A stretch of DNA of 64,000 nucleotides from Neoechinorhynchus agilis. Taxonomy: Eukaryota > Animalia > Acanthocephala. Made by a program: the position numbers and the translations under genes. Below the pieces are notes generated by a model. The model had not been told where the DNA came from and ran no database searches. It worked only from the letters and a program-made list of their open reading frames with translations. Below are positions 33,006-46,349 of the stretch, in pieces. How positions within the stretch are numbered: the first letter of the stretch is position 1; each line of letters begins with the position of its first letter. The stretch covers positions 1,116,001-1,180,000 of the forward strand of contig CM121341.1 in assembly GCA_051530055.1 (NCBI GenBank), written 5' to 3'.

Positions 33006-35515
33006 GCTATTGAAAAACCTGGTGTATCCCCGGCCTTGTCGGAATACGAGCGTGCCAGCCGGATTCTACACATAGAGGAACTAGGGGACGCTCAACCATC
33101 AGAACTCATGGACAAGATGTTAGGATACCTCGGGAAACACCCCCCTGCTTCTTGTTCATGCAGGTGTTCATGGGGCGGCTACCTGAGGATATGCGCTCGG
33201 TACTTGTTCACTCCAAGATTACGGATCCCCGTAAACTTGCACAAGCAGCCGACGAATTGTTCAGGCCAAATCGGTGCAACGCGGGATCGATTAAACAAAA
33301 CACCGATTTCGTATTCCCTGTCGAACAAACCAAAAAGAAGCAAATGGATATTTGCTTCTATCACCAACGGTACGGCAACCGCGCCAAGCGTTGCCGACCA
33401 CCTTGTTCGATGGCACAAGACGCGTTTAAAAAAACTACTAAGGAAATAAACACGTTATTCTATGTTCACGACAGTGGGACAGGTCGACGATTTCTAGTGG
33501 ACACCGGTGCCGAGATGAGTGTTATGCCGGCGTCGATAGCTGATAAGTCAGTTGGTGCACAAAGCCGAACACTTACCGCGGCTAACGGCTCCTCAATCAA
33601 AACATTTGGAAGCCGGATGGTGGTGCTTCGTTTCGGTAAATGGGCGATTAAGTGGAAGTTTCTGATCGCAGCTGTACGGCAACCGTTGCTGGGGGTTGAT
33701 TTCCTTCGACACAGCGGGCTGCTAGTCGATGCCCGTGGGAAAAAGTTGGTCGACCCATTAAACCACAGGGGAGAACGTATTCCCTCATCACGAAAAGAAA
33801 CCGAAGTAGCTCAAGTAGAAATGACAAGTCCAAAAATTTCCGATTATGCTGTCGGTGCCGTGTTGCAACAGAAAATATCCGACAGTTGGAGACCGCTCGC
33901 CCTTTTCAGCCGTCAATTACGAAAACCCGAGCAAAAATACAGTGCCTTCGATCGAGAGCTGCTAGCAATTTATCTTGCGATCCGACATTTCCGTTATGCC
34001 GTGGAAGGACGCTCTTTGACGGTTTTCACGGATCATCGACCACTCACTTTCGCAATGGCACGAGTATCGAATCCCTGGTCAGCACGGCAACAACGACACC
34101 TGAGCTATGTTTCCGAGTATACCACAAACATGCAGCACGTTATCGGACGTAACAATAGCGTGGCCGATACACTCTCTAGAGCAAAATTGAATAACGTCGC
34201 CGAGGGTATATCCCTTGAAGAGATGTCGCGAGCACAAAAAGATGACTCGGAAACACAGGCTTTACGAACAGCAAAGACTGGATTGCGTCTCCTTGATGTT
34301 CCAATTGGTGATGGTGAGATGACCATTTTGTGCGATATTTCAACAGGAAGGCAAAGGCCGTTAGTACCCGTTGCTTGGAGAGGCCGCGTTTTTGATGCCG
34401 TCCACGAACTTTCTCATCCTGGAATCGGAGCTATGCGCAAGTTGATGTCGAGCAAGTTCGTCTGGCAGGGTCTCGCCAAGGACGTGGGAAACTGGACGAA
34501 AATGTGTCTAGCCTGTCAAAAAGTGAAGATTCATCGACACGTTAAAGCACCGCCGGAAATATTCGATGTACCTACAAGCAGATTTGCACACATACACGTG
34601 GATCTCGTAGGCCCTCTCCCACCTTCTCAGGGATTAACACACTTGTTGACGATAATAGATCGGTTCACGCGTTGGCCAGAAGCGATTTCACTTTCAAAAA
34701 CCGACACACTTTCATGTGCGCGAGCTTTGTCCAGCAATTGGATTTCGCGATTCGGGGTTCCGACGGATATCACCTCAGATAGGGGAGCGCAATTCACCTC
34801 CAAAATATGGACCGACATGTCGACCCTATTTGGCACCAAATTACACCATACGACAGCTTATCATCCACAGTCCAACGGTATGGTCGAAAGGATGCACCGG
34901 CACCTGAAAACGTCCTTAAAAGCCCGCCTCAAATGTGCCAATTGGTATGACGAGCTGCCGTGGGTATCGCCTAAATACGATTTTGGGACGTTATCCGCTG
35001 AACAAGTCTACGGGAGCCCAATTAGAGTTCCCAGCGATTTTGTTAGCCCTACATCGACACGAGCCAATCAAGGAAAAAAACTCGAAAGTTTGCGCGATCG
35101 GATCCGTTCGTTAGCCCCTGTACCGACGTCACGACATGGAAATATCTCGACCTACGTCCCAAAAGCCCTTAAGATCGCACGCCATGTGTTCGTCAGGAGT
35201 GAGCAGATCGGAGGACCGCTGCTGCCAGCATACAGAGGACCCTACAGAGTAATCGAAGCAGGTGAAAAATATTTCACGATTGATTATGGAGGACGCAACG
35301 AAACGATTGCGATAGACAGGCTGAAACCCGCGCATTGTGACCCTTCCTCTACAGTCGAAGCCGACACCACGCAAGCGAGGACGGCCACGGAAGAAGACTT
35401 AGCGGAGCCTCTTGTGGGAGCTGTGTGGCGAGTACGTCAGAGGTCCACCAATCGATATGCACGCATGGTGCATGGAGTACAACTAGAAAACGGAGCGTGT
35501 TGGTTTTTGAGTTGA
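33005..35515 (+). mobile_element. Gypsy LTR retrotransposon gag 3' part + protease + RNase H + integrase; RT domain absent
   Basis: ELGDAQPSELM, CFYHQRYG...C, FLVDTGAEMS, SDYAVGAVLQQ, YSAFDRELLAIY, H-H-C-C motif, HVDLVGPLP, TSDRGAQF, PQSNGMVER. No YxDD. Confidence 0.92.
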
Positions 35516-37621
35516 ACTACACATTGCTTATGGAATTTATTAGGCTATTACAGTAAACATTTTTACAAAATTCTACTATCGAAAATTCCTAAATAAGAAA
35601 GTTGAACAAAATATGAGAATTTGATCACAATAATTAAAATTAATATTTTCGTAAAATATATTATCGTGTAAAATAACACAATGATTGCATAATTTAAGAG
35701 CTAAAATTTTACGTTTCTTTAAAATTCATTGGCGGCAAAAAATCGACAAATAAACGAACGACACCGGAATAAAACTTTATAAATTCAGGAACAAATGAAA
35801 TTAAGCTATCACTACACGACGTTATTTACGCTTAGAAGACCATAAACTGAAGATGTTCGGATGAAATGATGTTTATATAGGAATTAAAGAAATTCAAATT
35901 AATTAATAACTTCTAAGAGTCATCAATTTATATAACAGAAATTAATAGAATCAGGATTCGTCCGGAATTTCTAAAGCTCGCTTGTCGCCATTTCTGCGCT
36001 TAGGAAATATACGCAGTCGTCTTTTTCTTTATATCAGCACTTCAAATTAGTGTTAAGATTCTTATTTTTGGATTGAACGCCACCTTACGAAAAAATTTAG
36101 CTATTTTTGTCCTCGTTTAGGTTTATTTTCGTAGTTTTATACCATTTAGATTTTTGCTCCGCAGCTCAAATTTATTTAAAACAGAAAAAGAAAATATCCG
36201 AATAATACACTTTATAAACTTGAAGCTCCGGTCTCTTTCGTCGATAAAATAACAATTAAAAATGCTTGCAGTTCTTATTAATATCGCATCGAAAAATTTT
36301 AATTTTTTTAACTTATTCAGCAATTTTATTTGAAGCGCGTTTGTTTATAGTGTTTCTTTAAAGTATGGATTCATTTCGTTATTTAGATTTAAGCCGCTCC
36401 TGGCGAAACCAAAAATTTTTTGCTTTATATGCTTATAAATTATGCCTTAACAAATGTTTACAAACTGATAGAAAGATATTTCTGAAAGGATTAAACTTGA
36501 AATCAATAATAATTTACCATTTGAAAGTAAAAAATTAAGTCTTTCAAATATACACAAATTAATAGCCTTTATATTTCTAAAGCAATGATTTTCGCTTCGA
36601 CCTTAGCAAGTTAAAAATGGATTTTCATTCCTATATTCGAACTAAAAGACTTTATGCTTAACCACTGAAAAATCGTGAGATGGTAATAATTTATCGAAGG
36701 TATTTCATTTGTCTCTATAACACCAGCTCAAAATTGATTTTTGAGAAACTGAGCTATTTAAAATGCTTTAAAAAATGCATACAACAATGACAGTATTTGT
36801 AAAATAAAAAAGCATTAAAATCGCAATCCGGTGGAACATTAGCCGACCCTTACATAATTTTCATCGAAGCGATTATATTGGAAGCATAATTTAGCCCAAA
36901 AATCCATAATATAAATAACAAAAGCTATTTAATGTTTTTCGGTAAGATAGTCTGTTCTATATGAGCTCGCTTCTGAATGTTGACAAGCAAACAAAGAAGT
37001 AACCTATTATTTTCAAAGTTTAAAAAGTTCTAGATAAAATTGCAATATAGCCAAATAAAATATGAACGATTGATTTTTGCATCATATTCTTAAAATCAAA
37101 CAAATTTGAAATATAAGGCGATAATAATTTATAATTTAAAAACTTGTACAAATAAAAAAATGCATTAATGATCTTTTGTTGAGTTAAAGATACTGGTAAA
37201 AATCTCAAGTACGTTTTAGTGTTAAGTGCGCATTGGAACCTGAAATTTATTTCTCTGATCGCATCAACATGAACTTAGCTGAAAACGCTTTCAGGCTTTT
37301 TGTTCTAAGAAAACATCTTTCCATTTGAGCAAAGCTAATTTTCAAGAAAGCGGGTTTTTGAGACAAATATTTTATGCACATTAATTCGTTGAATTCGAAT
37401 TAATTCGATCAATGCTATGATAAAAATGCACCACCAAAGTCAACCATAAGGATTTTCATTATTAGTTTTCTGTTCTATAAAGCTCTGCATTTTTAAATAG
37501 GATAATACAATTGCAAATGGCTTGAAAAAAAATTAAAAAGCTCTTTCTGCCAAATTCAACAACTAAAAGGATGAATGGTTGCAGACTGTAAAGTGTTCTT
37601 TATTGTGATTGGTCACTTCAG

Positions 37622-38209
37622 TCAAGCAATCTCTTGTATATAAATTAATGCGGAGGATAAAATCCTCGCACTGTACTTTTTCACGAATGATTTAAACGGA
37701 AACCATATTCGTCTCGGATATTTTGTTTTAATCGAGTTTGAGTCCATTTTACCCTTTTGTTCAATCAGGAACATGGCGTAAAGGCGTATACTCGAACTGA
37801 ATTTTTGTTCCAAAAATGGAAATACTTCCTCTTCAGCCCTGTTGTTCTCGATGTTTATTCCCATATAAATAACTTCGGAGAATCTTCTGTTACTGAAAAT
37901 GTCATCTTCTTTTCTTAGATATAGCAAAAGAATTGTAAGGTACTTTCCTGGATTCGCCAGCCTCAAGATGGTTCTTGGATCTTTTAATTTGCCACGGGCT
38001 AGAATTATGCCATTTATTACATTTACAGATCCTAATCGTAAAAATTGTGGTCCAACATTTTTATTAAGGATGTTGATTACAGGTCCTTTACCAAGAAATT
38101 CAAACACGCGATTGTACAGTGTATGCAGAGCTATAAATGGAAACGACAAACAATCGTGAATGTAAGTAATCATTTCTTTTTGAAATTCAAGAAATCTAAG
38201 AACGTTCAA
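37622..38209 (-). CDS. Unidentified ORF (195 aa), possibly one exon of a larger AT-rich gene spanning about 35.7-38.3 kb
   Basis: Long open frame in AT-rich DNA. No family motif recognised. Confidence 0.45.
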   Translation of the reverse strand: MNVLRFLEFQKEMITYIHDCLSFPFIALHTLYNRVFEFLGKGPVINILNKNVGPQFLRLGSVNVINGIILARGKLKDPRTILRLANPGKYLTILLLYLRKEDDIFSNRRFSEVIYMGINIENNRAEEEVFPFLEQKFSSSIRLYAMFLIEQKGKMDSNSIKTKYPRRIWFPFKSFVKKYSARILSSALIYIQEIA

Positions 38210-38651
38210 GCGTTCTTGCCTCCTGCATTAAATATATAACAATCGTGTCAAACAATAGATCCGTGGGCGTTTACTCATTTTTGAATAGCTTGAATATTTC
38301 AACACTCTTCAACATTTTTAGTCATATTTTCCATTCTCTTCTTTTGCGAGCGACGTTGTATAAAAAAATGTCCGATGCAAGCTTATAGAAAGGACATAAT
38401 TTGAAAGCCTTAACAACTAAGAAAACAACGTTGAAAAGAATCAATTGTGCAGAAATGCTACAGAAATGCAAGAATCCTTAGCACATCAGTTTGAAAGCGT
38501 TAAATCATTTTTATCCAAGAATAAAAATGGGCAAGTCCTGAAAGGCAGAAGTGCATAAGCGACAACCCTCCAGGAGGCATCGGCATCAAAATGATCCTTT
38601 ACGCTATTAGAAGTCAACCTGCACCTGTTTTTCGGGTGCATGACTGCGATA

Positions 38652-39352
38652 AATAAAAGTGGCACACCCGAGTACGTTCCTTTTCTTATTTTAACAAAAA
38701 GAAGGTGGTTAATTCGAGCTGAACGAAATCAGAGAAAATTATGCATCGCGGCCACCAATTCTATTCAAGGAGTTCTTGAGCGAGTACAACGGAACAATGT
38801 AGGCCGCCATTATCCTTTTTGCAAAAGATGGACAAATTGCAATGATGAAATCTTGATGATCCAATTTTTGAAATGGTAACAAGTTCAATAAAAGTGGCAC
38901 ACCCGAGCACGTTTCTTTTCTTATTTTAACAAAAAGAAGGTGGTTAATTCGAGATGAACGAAATGAGAGAAAAGTAAGTCATCGCGGCCACCAATTCTAT
39001 TCAAGGAGTTCTTGAGCGAGAACAGCTTCATAATGTAGGATGCCATTATCCTTTTTGCAAAAGATGGACAAATTGCAATGATGAAATCTTGATGATCCAA
39101 TTTTTGAAATGGTAACAAGTTCAATAAAAGTGGCACACACGAGTACGTTTTTTTCTTATTTTAACAAAAAGAAGGTGGTTAATTCGAGATGAACGAAATG
39201 AGAGAAAAGTATGCATCTCGGCCACCAATTCTATTCAAGGAGTTCTTGAGCGAGAACAGCGGCACAATGTAGGCCGCCATTATCCTTTTTGCAAAAGATA
39301 GAAAAATTGCAATGATGAAATCTTGATGATCCAATTTTTGAAATGGTAACAA
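38652..39352. repeat. Tandem array, 235-236 bp unit, 3 copies
   Basis: Anchor AATAAAAGTGGCACAC at 38652, 38887, 39123. Confidence 0.95.
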
Positions 39353-39739
39353 ATTTTTAATTAATATTGAATTTCGATCATCAAACGCATTAAATTAGTG
39401 ATGTTGGTTTAGTGATGTAAAAAATGACCGCTGTTGGCTGTAAGTTCAAAATCTAATTACGATATCGTCCTTTATTGCGTATATTTATTTTAATAACTAT
39501 AACAAGTTCCATCTTTGACCTTTTTAAGTTAAAAATGTTTATATCTTCTTTTCATGGTGCACTAGTGACCATAGTTAAATAATTCCAAATCGTTTAATAA
39601 TTAATGCTTATTGTTTGAATGTTCAATGTTATTGTACCCTGCAATTTCCACGGGCGATCATCAAAGAAATGTTCAAATATTGTCTTAAATTATTCTGAAT
39701 TTATTCAAAATGACTTGAAATCCAAAAACACGTAGACAT

Positions 39740-39905
39740 TATGAGGTAACCTCGCTTAACCAGTCATCTAAAATTGTGTTTTTCTCACTCAGGTTTTAAG
39801 CTCGAATGCGCGGGATCGCCAAACCTAAAGTTCGGCCGAATTATCCGCTCGGACCCAGTGCGTTATACTACGTTTTTCAATGATTTTAGTATTGATTCTT
39901 TTAAC
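39740..39905 (-). mobile_element. Solo Penelope-like 3' terminal fragment with decayed hammerhead
   Basis: Clearly similar to 62115-62265 (GAGGT.ACCTCGC..CAGTCATCTAAAA...GCGCGGGATCGCC). Confidence 0.7.
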
Positions 39906-40524
39906 CAAGAACAACTCCAGCTTTTCGTCAATTACAAAAAAATGATTTATTTAAAATTTAATTGGATTTGCTTTTTATTTCGATTCTTCATGTTATTCGT
40001 GTTAGTTCATTTAACGGACAAAAAATCGAAATTTTCTGCGAATTGATTCTTCGCACTGCAGTTTCGGTTGAACGATTCGAATGTAAACATTTGTTTCGTG
40101 TATTTTTTCATGAACTTAATGTGCAGGATACCAGTTTAGTTGATTTGTGGTGGGTTCAGGTTTTCAAATTATTTCCTTAATTTTGTAAATGAGGGGGTTT
40201 ACAAATTTTTTTATTAAAGACACATTCAGTAGAACTCCAGTTATGCTTTGTATTTTGATCGTTCATGGAAGACCACAGTGCAAAGATTTTGTCGGCAGCA
40301 ACGCTTAAAACAGAACCGTCAAATAAAACCAATCACAATAAAAGTGAACGAGATAAATGGTAAGCATTTTAGGTTCAATGGTGAACGAATTAAATAAACT
40401 GCATTTTTCCGGCTTGCTTCAATGAAAGATTCTACTTTTTTCACCAATAAAGTAATTTTTTGATGATCACAAATTCACTGTGGATTTATTAGTTTCGATG
40501 ACAAATCCAAGTTGAAATCAACGT

Positions 40525-41411
40525 TTATAAATCTCTTATTGGTTCTTTTCTAACTTTATTGTTTTCGTAGATGTATATCATCTGATTCTTTTCCACATCC
40601 AAAATCGATCTAAATTCATGATCATTAAATGCCACCCTTTCTGCTACTCTTAATGTTTTACTCAACATTTTGAAGTGAAATTTTTGCCACGTGCAAATAT
40701 TGTTAACAGAAAAATTCAGTTTTAGCATTTCCTCTTCGAGAGGTGTACTACTTTGTTTTTTGGAACTCTTTGTAGCAACATTTTTTCGTCTCCTTTGCAA
40801 AATCGATTTATCTTCAGAATAAACGCTCTTTGGTCGCTATCAATTTCTCCCTAAAGTTGATAGGGACTTAGCAATGTATTTCGCTTTCTGTTTCACAACC
40901 GATCCATCGCAAGAATAAGGTGCACTATTTGATATGTTAGCGTCAATATCAGCAATTTTTTGGGCTTTCGTATTCGAATTTGACCCAATAGCGCTATAAT
41001 TCGCAAGACTACATTTGCTCCACAACTTACCTTCAACATAACATACAGGCGCCCTCTTCCTTAATTTCATTTTAAAATCTATAAAGCGATTATAATACAC
41101 TTTAACATCAACGTTCAGTCCAAAAAACCGTCAAAACACCCAGAGCGAGATTTAGCGATCGGTTTATAACATCACACAATTTCCTTCAACCGAAGCAGCA
41201 GTTCTTATTTTAATTTCAAATACCGTGTTCAACACCAGACAAAAAAATATCTAGAAATACTTAACCCCTCTACAAAAATTTCAACATTTATATGTATTGG
41301 AAACATAAAGCGCCGTTTAAAAAATCGATTGTATGTTGACAAAAATTTCACCACAAAAAAACGCAGTTCGGCAACCAACAACCCATAAGCCTCAGATTTT
41401 AAACATTGCAT
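40525..41411 (-). CDS. Possible multi-exon gene, unidentified
   Basis: Three consecutive - strand ORFs (41229..41411, 40840..41100, 40525..40800) with short gaps. No motif recognised. Confidence 0.3.
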
Positions 41412-41504
41412 TAATTATGCAAAATTTGAGAAATTGCCTTAAAATAAATTCTTGGATCGTTGGCGTGGAGACTAGTCAGCACACTGAATTTCCTTTCCAA
41501 TGAC

Positions 41505-41895
41505 GAATAGTAGACTTCGAGGGGGCCTTTTTGTCGCTTTGGTTGCCGGACAATGCCGAGAAGAAACCCTGAAGTTTAGTAGGCAAAAGAGGTAAAAGTC
41601 CTTAAATGTGATCCAGAATTCGGCAGACTGGGACTCTGATGACCTTCGAGGGGGCTCTTCGCTTCCTTGGTTGCCGGACAATGCCGAGAAGGAACCCTGA
41701 AGTTTAATAGACAAAAGAGATAAAAGTCCTTAAATGTGATCCAGAATTCGGCAGAGACTGGGACTCTGATGACCTTCGAGGGGGCTCTTCGCTTCCTTGG
41801 TTGCTGGGCAATGCCGAGAAGGAACCCTAAAGTTTAATAGACAAAAGAGGTAAAAATCCTTAAATGTGATCCAGAATTCGGCGCCGGGCAATGCC
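41505..41895. repeat. Tandem array, 128-130 bp unit, 3 copies
   Basis: Anchor GAC(C)TTCGAGGGGGC at 41513, 41641, 41771. Confidence 0.93.
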
Positions 41896-42163
41896 GTGAA
41901 TGACGACTCCGTTGGCCGCGGCGACGACATTTCTAATGGTCACAATGACGTGCGCACCAAAAGGCGCCGAAGAATGATCTAATCAAGGGCGGTCAGTGAC
42001 CACGGCCGGCGTGAAGCGGTAAAACAAAGATCCGAGAATAGAAGGATAATCGTTTGATTTTCCGGCTGGACGACTGATTTGGGATCGGATAAGAAGCAGT
42101 AGTCTCAATAGTTTGGCGGCAATGGTGAGCATTGGCGTTAATTGATCACAAAATCAAACATGA

Positions 42164-43414
42164 TTAATAATTAACTGACTTCAAAAATAATCCGTTGGGA
42201 CAAAGTGTTTTGTAGATTAATTTTCCTTGATCGCCGTAAAATTCAGGTGGTTCTAATAATGCCCTTCGCACATCATTATCCTTTGCTCTCCCGGTACAGA
42301 GCATCACCATTGATCCGGTAATATTTCTTATCTAAAACATCGATAAAGAATTTTTGAAAATAAAGAACTGACCATGTGATAAAGGAAAGATTCAGCTTTA
42401 AATGTAATCCAGTCAATGTCCTTGATTTTTTAATATAGTTAAAAATCACTCCATTGAAATTAAGGACATTGACAATGATAATCTCTACACATTTGGTTTG
42501 TGGATATTCCCTAATCATTGGTAAATTTATGGGAGTGAATGTTTTAATGTCTAAAACGATCGCACTCTAAAGGATTAAGAAGCGGTAAAATGCCAAATAC
42601 CGATATTTAGAGTCTTAACGGGGCACAATCTATGCTGCAAAACATCTAATCGCCCACTTAAGGACGTGAAGGCCGAAAAATTATGTTGACCAATAAAAAG
42701 ATTTGATGATGCTTTCAGTTTTACCATGTCCACATCGATTGGCAATATAGTTGCGAATGAACTGTTGAAGATATCTTTGGGTACAAACGAATTCCGTTGC
42801 AGAATTGCGCTCTTTAGGCAAGACGATTCTTGTAATCGCTCCGAAAATATAAGTCTGTTTTTCAACGGCGGGGGAGGTAATACTAATAATCTATCAATAA
42901 GAATATTCAATAACCTATAAATATACGTCCGAGAGATTGCGTGCTTTCGCACATGAAAATCACTGGCAACCTTTACTATCCAATTAATCCTAAATCTCAT
43001 AGAGCAGAGTATTAAAAATGTTGCTTTCCTTACCTCACTTCATATTTTCGCTTCTTCAAATACTCGTTGATTTTCGAAACCGATGATTCTGGACTTGGAC
43101 TGGAAATGTCTAAGGATTTTGTTTTTACTGAAATAGTTACTTGCATTCGCACGTCCATTTAAAGGTGGCCGTGTTGGCCAGTGCATGAACACCGGAATCA
43201 GTTCGAGAACTTATATTTAATTTTATCGGCGTTTGCGGCCACAATAAGTTCAAACATTCCTCCAATACCCCAGCAACTGTTAAGGCTGCCCCGGCTTGCG
43301 ATTGGACACCACTTTGTAGGAATACAGCGATGAGTGGACACTGGATCTTTTGGTACGTTCTAACCTGAATTTAGTTCCAATGTAGGCGAATTCGATCAGA
43401 AATTGAGGTTTCAT
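42164..43414 (-). CDS. PUSL1: TruA-family tRNA pseudouridine synthase (PUSL1-like), copy 1, with several short GT-AG introns
   Basis: MKPQFLIEFAYIGTKFSG, SSRTDSGVHALANTA, DFHVRKHAISRTYIYR, FIGQHNFSAF, SFLYHMIR, PNGLFLKSVNY*. Confidence 0.85.
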
Positions 43415-43703
43415 CTACAATGAACGTGTCTCAAATCGGTGTTCCTATTATTAAAGTTTTCATCTCTTTAAGTATCCAGAGAAGCTGACGTGCGCACCAA
43501 AAGGCGCCGAAGAATGATCTAATCAAGGGCGGTCAGTGACCACGGCCGGCGTGAAGCGGTAAAACAAAGATCCGAGAATAGAAGGATAATCGTTTGATTT
43601 TCCGGCTGGACGACTGATTTGGGATCGGATAAGAAGCAGTAGTCTCAATAGTTTGGCGGCAATGGTGAGCATTGGCGTTAATTGATCACAAAATCAAACA
43701 TGA

Positions 43704-44954
43704 TTAATAATTAACTGACTTCAAAAATAATCCGTTGGGACAAAGTGTTTTGTAGATTAATTTTCCTTGATCGCCGTAAAATTCAGGTGGTTCTAATAAT
43801 GCCCTTCGCACATCATTATCCTTTGCTCTCCCGGTACAGAGCATCACCATTGATCCGGTAATATTTCTTATCTAAAACATCGATAAAGAATTTTTGAAAA
43901 TAAAGAACTGACCATGTGATAAAGGAAAGATTCGGCTTTAAATGTAATCCAGTCAATGTCCTTGATTTTTTAATATAGTTAAAAATCACTCCATTGAAAT
44001 TAAGGACATTGACAATGATAATCTCTACACATTTGGTTTGTGGATATTCCCTAATCATTGGTAAATTTATGGGAGTGAATGTTTTAATGTCTAAAACGAT
44101 CGCACTCTAAAGGATTAAGAAGCGGTAAAATGCCAAATACCGATATTTAGAGTCTTAACGGGGCACAATCTATGCTGCAAAACATCTAATCGCCCACTTA
44201 AGGACGTGAAGGCCGAAAAATTATGTTGACCAATAAAAAGATTTGATGATGCTTTCAGTTTTACCATGTCCACATCGATTGGCAATATAGTTGCGAATGA
44301 ACTGTTGAAGATATCTTTGGGTACAAACGAATTCCGTTGCAGAATTGCGCTCTTTAGGCAAGACGATTCTTGTAATCGCTCCGAAAATATAAGTCTGTTT
44401 TTCAACGGCGGGGGAGGTAATACTAATAATCTATCAATAAGAATATTCAATAACCTATAAATATACGTCCGAGAGATTGCGTGCTTTCGCACATGAAAAT
44501 CACTGGCAACCTTTACTATCCAATTAATCCTAAATCTCATAGAGCAGAGTATTAAAAATGTTGCTTTCCTTACCTCACTTCATATTTTCGCTTCTTCAAA
44601 TACTCGTTGATTTTCGAAACCGATGATTCTGGACTTGGACTGGAAATGTCTAAGGATTTTGTTTTTACTGAAATAGTTACTTGCATTCGCACGTCCATTT
44701 AAAGGTGGCCGTGTTGGCCAGTGCATGAACACCGGAATCAGTTCGAGAACTTATATTTAATTTTATCGGCGTTTGCGGCCACAATAAGTTCAAACATTCC
44801 TCCAATACCCCAGCAACTGTTAAGGCTGCCCCGGCTTGCGATTGGACACCACTTTGTAGGAATACAGCGATGAGTGGACACTGGATCTTTTGGTACGTTC
44901 TAACCTGAATTTAGTTCCAATGTAGGCGAATTCGATCAGAAATTGAGGTTTCAT
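43704..44954 (-). CDS. PUSL1: TruA-family pseudouridine synthase (PUSL1-like), copy 2
   Basis: Same structure as copy 1, offset by 1540 bp. Confidence 0.83.
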
Positions 44955-45299
44955 CTACAATGAACGTGTCTCAAATCGGTGTTCCTATTATTAAAGTTTT
45001 CATCTCTTTAAGTATCCAGAGAAGCTTATTAACTCATAGCTTTATTCATCAACAGAAAATACTTAAGGATCATAGAAACGATCATAATCCAGAAACAGAA
45101 AACATTCTATATAGAATTAATTATCATCAGGAAACCTTGCCTAATCAGTCATTGTTTGCAAAAGAACGTGGATATTTCAATAACCAAATGCCTAAAAAAC
45201 TTACTTTTTCGAAAAATCTTCAAACAAGCGATGGTCAAGATTAATCCAGCGCTTTCTATATACCACATATAATTTATAAAAGTTTTAACATTTCCCAAT

Positions 45300-46010
45300 T
45301 GAAAATTCGGCGGTGCTTGGTTTGACGGCACTAATTGGGAGAGTTACCCCTTCATCACAATATCATCAATTAAGTATAAAATTGCCAGGATGAAGTCGCT
45401 ATTTGATCGTACCTACAGGTATTGCTCAAACCTGGATTCCCTCAACAATGAGTTAGAGTTTCTTTGGAAAATGCTCAACGGAAAGAGATATCCATTCTAT
45501 ATGATAAGAAGAGCTGATCACAGAGTATTCTATGGAAGGAAAACAGTGAGTCAGGAATCGAAAACAAAAAGCCTTCATTGGTGCACCATTCGTCGACAAG
45601 TTCTTCACTACAATTAACAATCTGATCCAAAGAAGTGTGTCCAAAGACCTCAATTGTTCTACCTACGCGAGGAAAGCTAAATCTTTAAGCTCAATGGTGA
45701 AGAAACGAGATGAGCACGAAAGCACCGAATGCAGTAAATCCAGTGTAGACTAAACAATTTGAAATGAATATTAACATGCGCGGAGGAGAGTTACTACAAT
45801 AAAGTAACGTCGTAGACAATGCTCGCCATTTGATCGCACGTTATAATTGAGGTCGTATTCATTCACTAGTCTGAAACAGTAGACGGGGAATAAGGCGGAC
45901 TTAAAACTAAATCAAAGCACAATGTGAACTTAATCATCCCTTATTTGAGGTTTTAGACCTTGATTAAGGCACGGTATTATACCGAAATATCGAATTTAAT
46001 AAATAAAAAC
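45300..46010 (+). mobile_element. Penelope-like remnant (post-RT region and 3' terminus)
   Basis: SLFDRTYRYCSNLDSLNNELEFLWKMLNGKRYP resembles the PLE C-terminal region. 45805-46010 is homologous to 61725-62030. Confidence 0.6.
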
Positions 46011-46349
46011 ATTAAAATAATTCAATCTTCAAACCCAATGTTGTAACCTTCAGTATAACGACTCTAAACTGGTCGAGATTTTAATTTTACGTGGGATTCA
46101 GTATGCTATTTTCCTAAGTTTTGTGGAGCGATTCTAAATTATGCAGGTCGATAGCGGACAAATGCGAAGTTCTAAAAGAGTGGACAATATCGTGTTCGCT
46201 TCACAAAATGAATTTTAAATGTCCACTTATCACAGGTAGAATGGAATTAAATATTATAAAGTCTTGTCTAACGTTTTCGAACAAAAATTCAATTTAAAAA
46301 CAATGCTTTTTAAACAAGAATCAAAAAAGCCTGGAACAGTTTATTTTCT

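Larger units (their letters stand above)
41946..45025. repeat. Direct tandem duplication of 1540 bp (41946-43485 and 43486-45025)
   Basis: Units are nearly identical. One difference noticed (A42394/G43934). 1-nt microhomology at the junction. Confidence 0.95.

Noticed and set aside
35838-35885. Hammerhead-like ATAAA-CTGAAGA...GAAA-TGATG-TTTAT
   Set aside because: Stem II has only 2 weak pairs and position 17 would be G; could be chance.
37622-38209. GPAA1/GAA1 assignment
   Set aside because: Only a vague resemblance around NVINGIIL; not enough to name.
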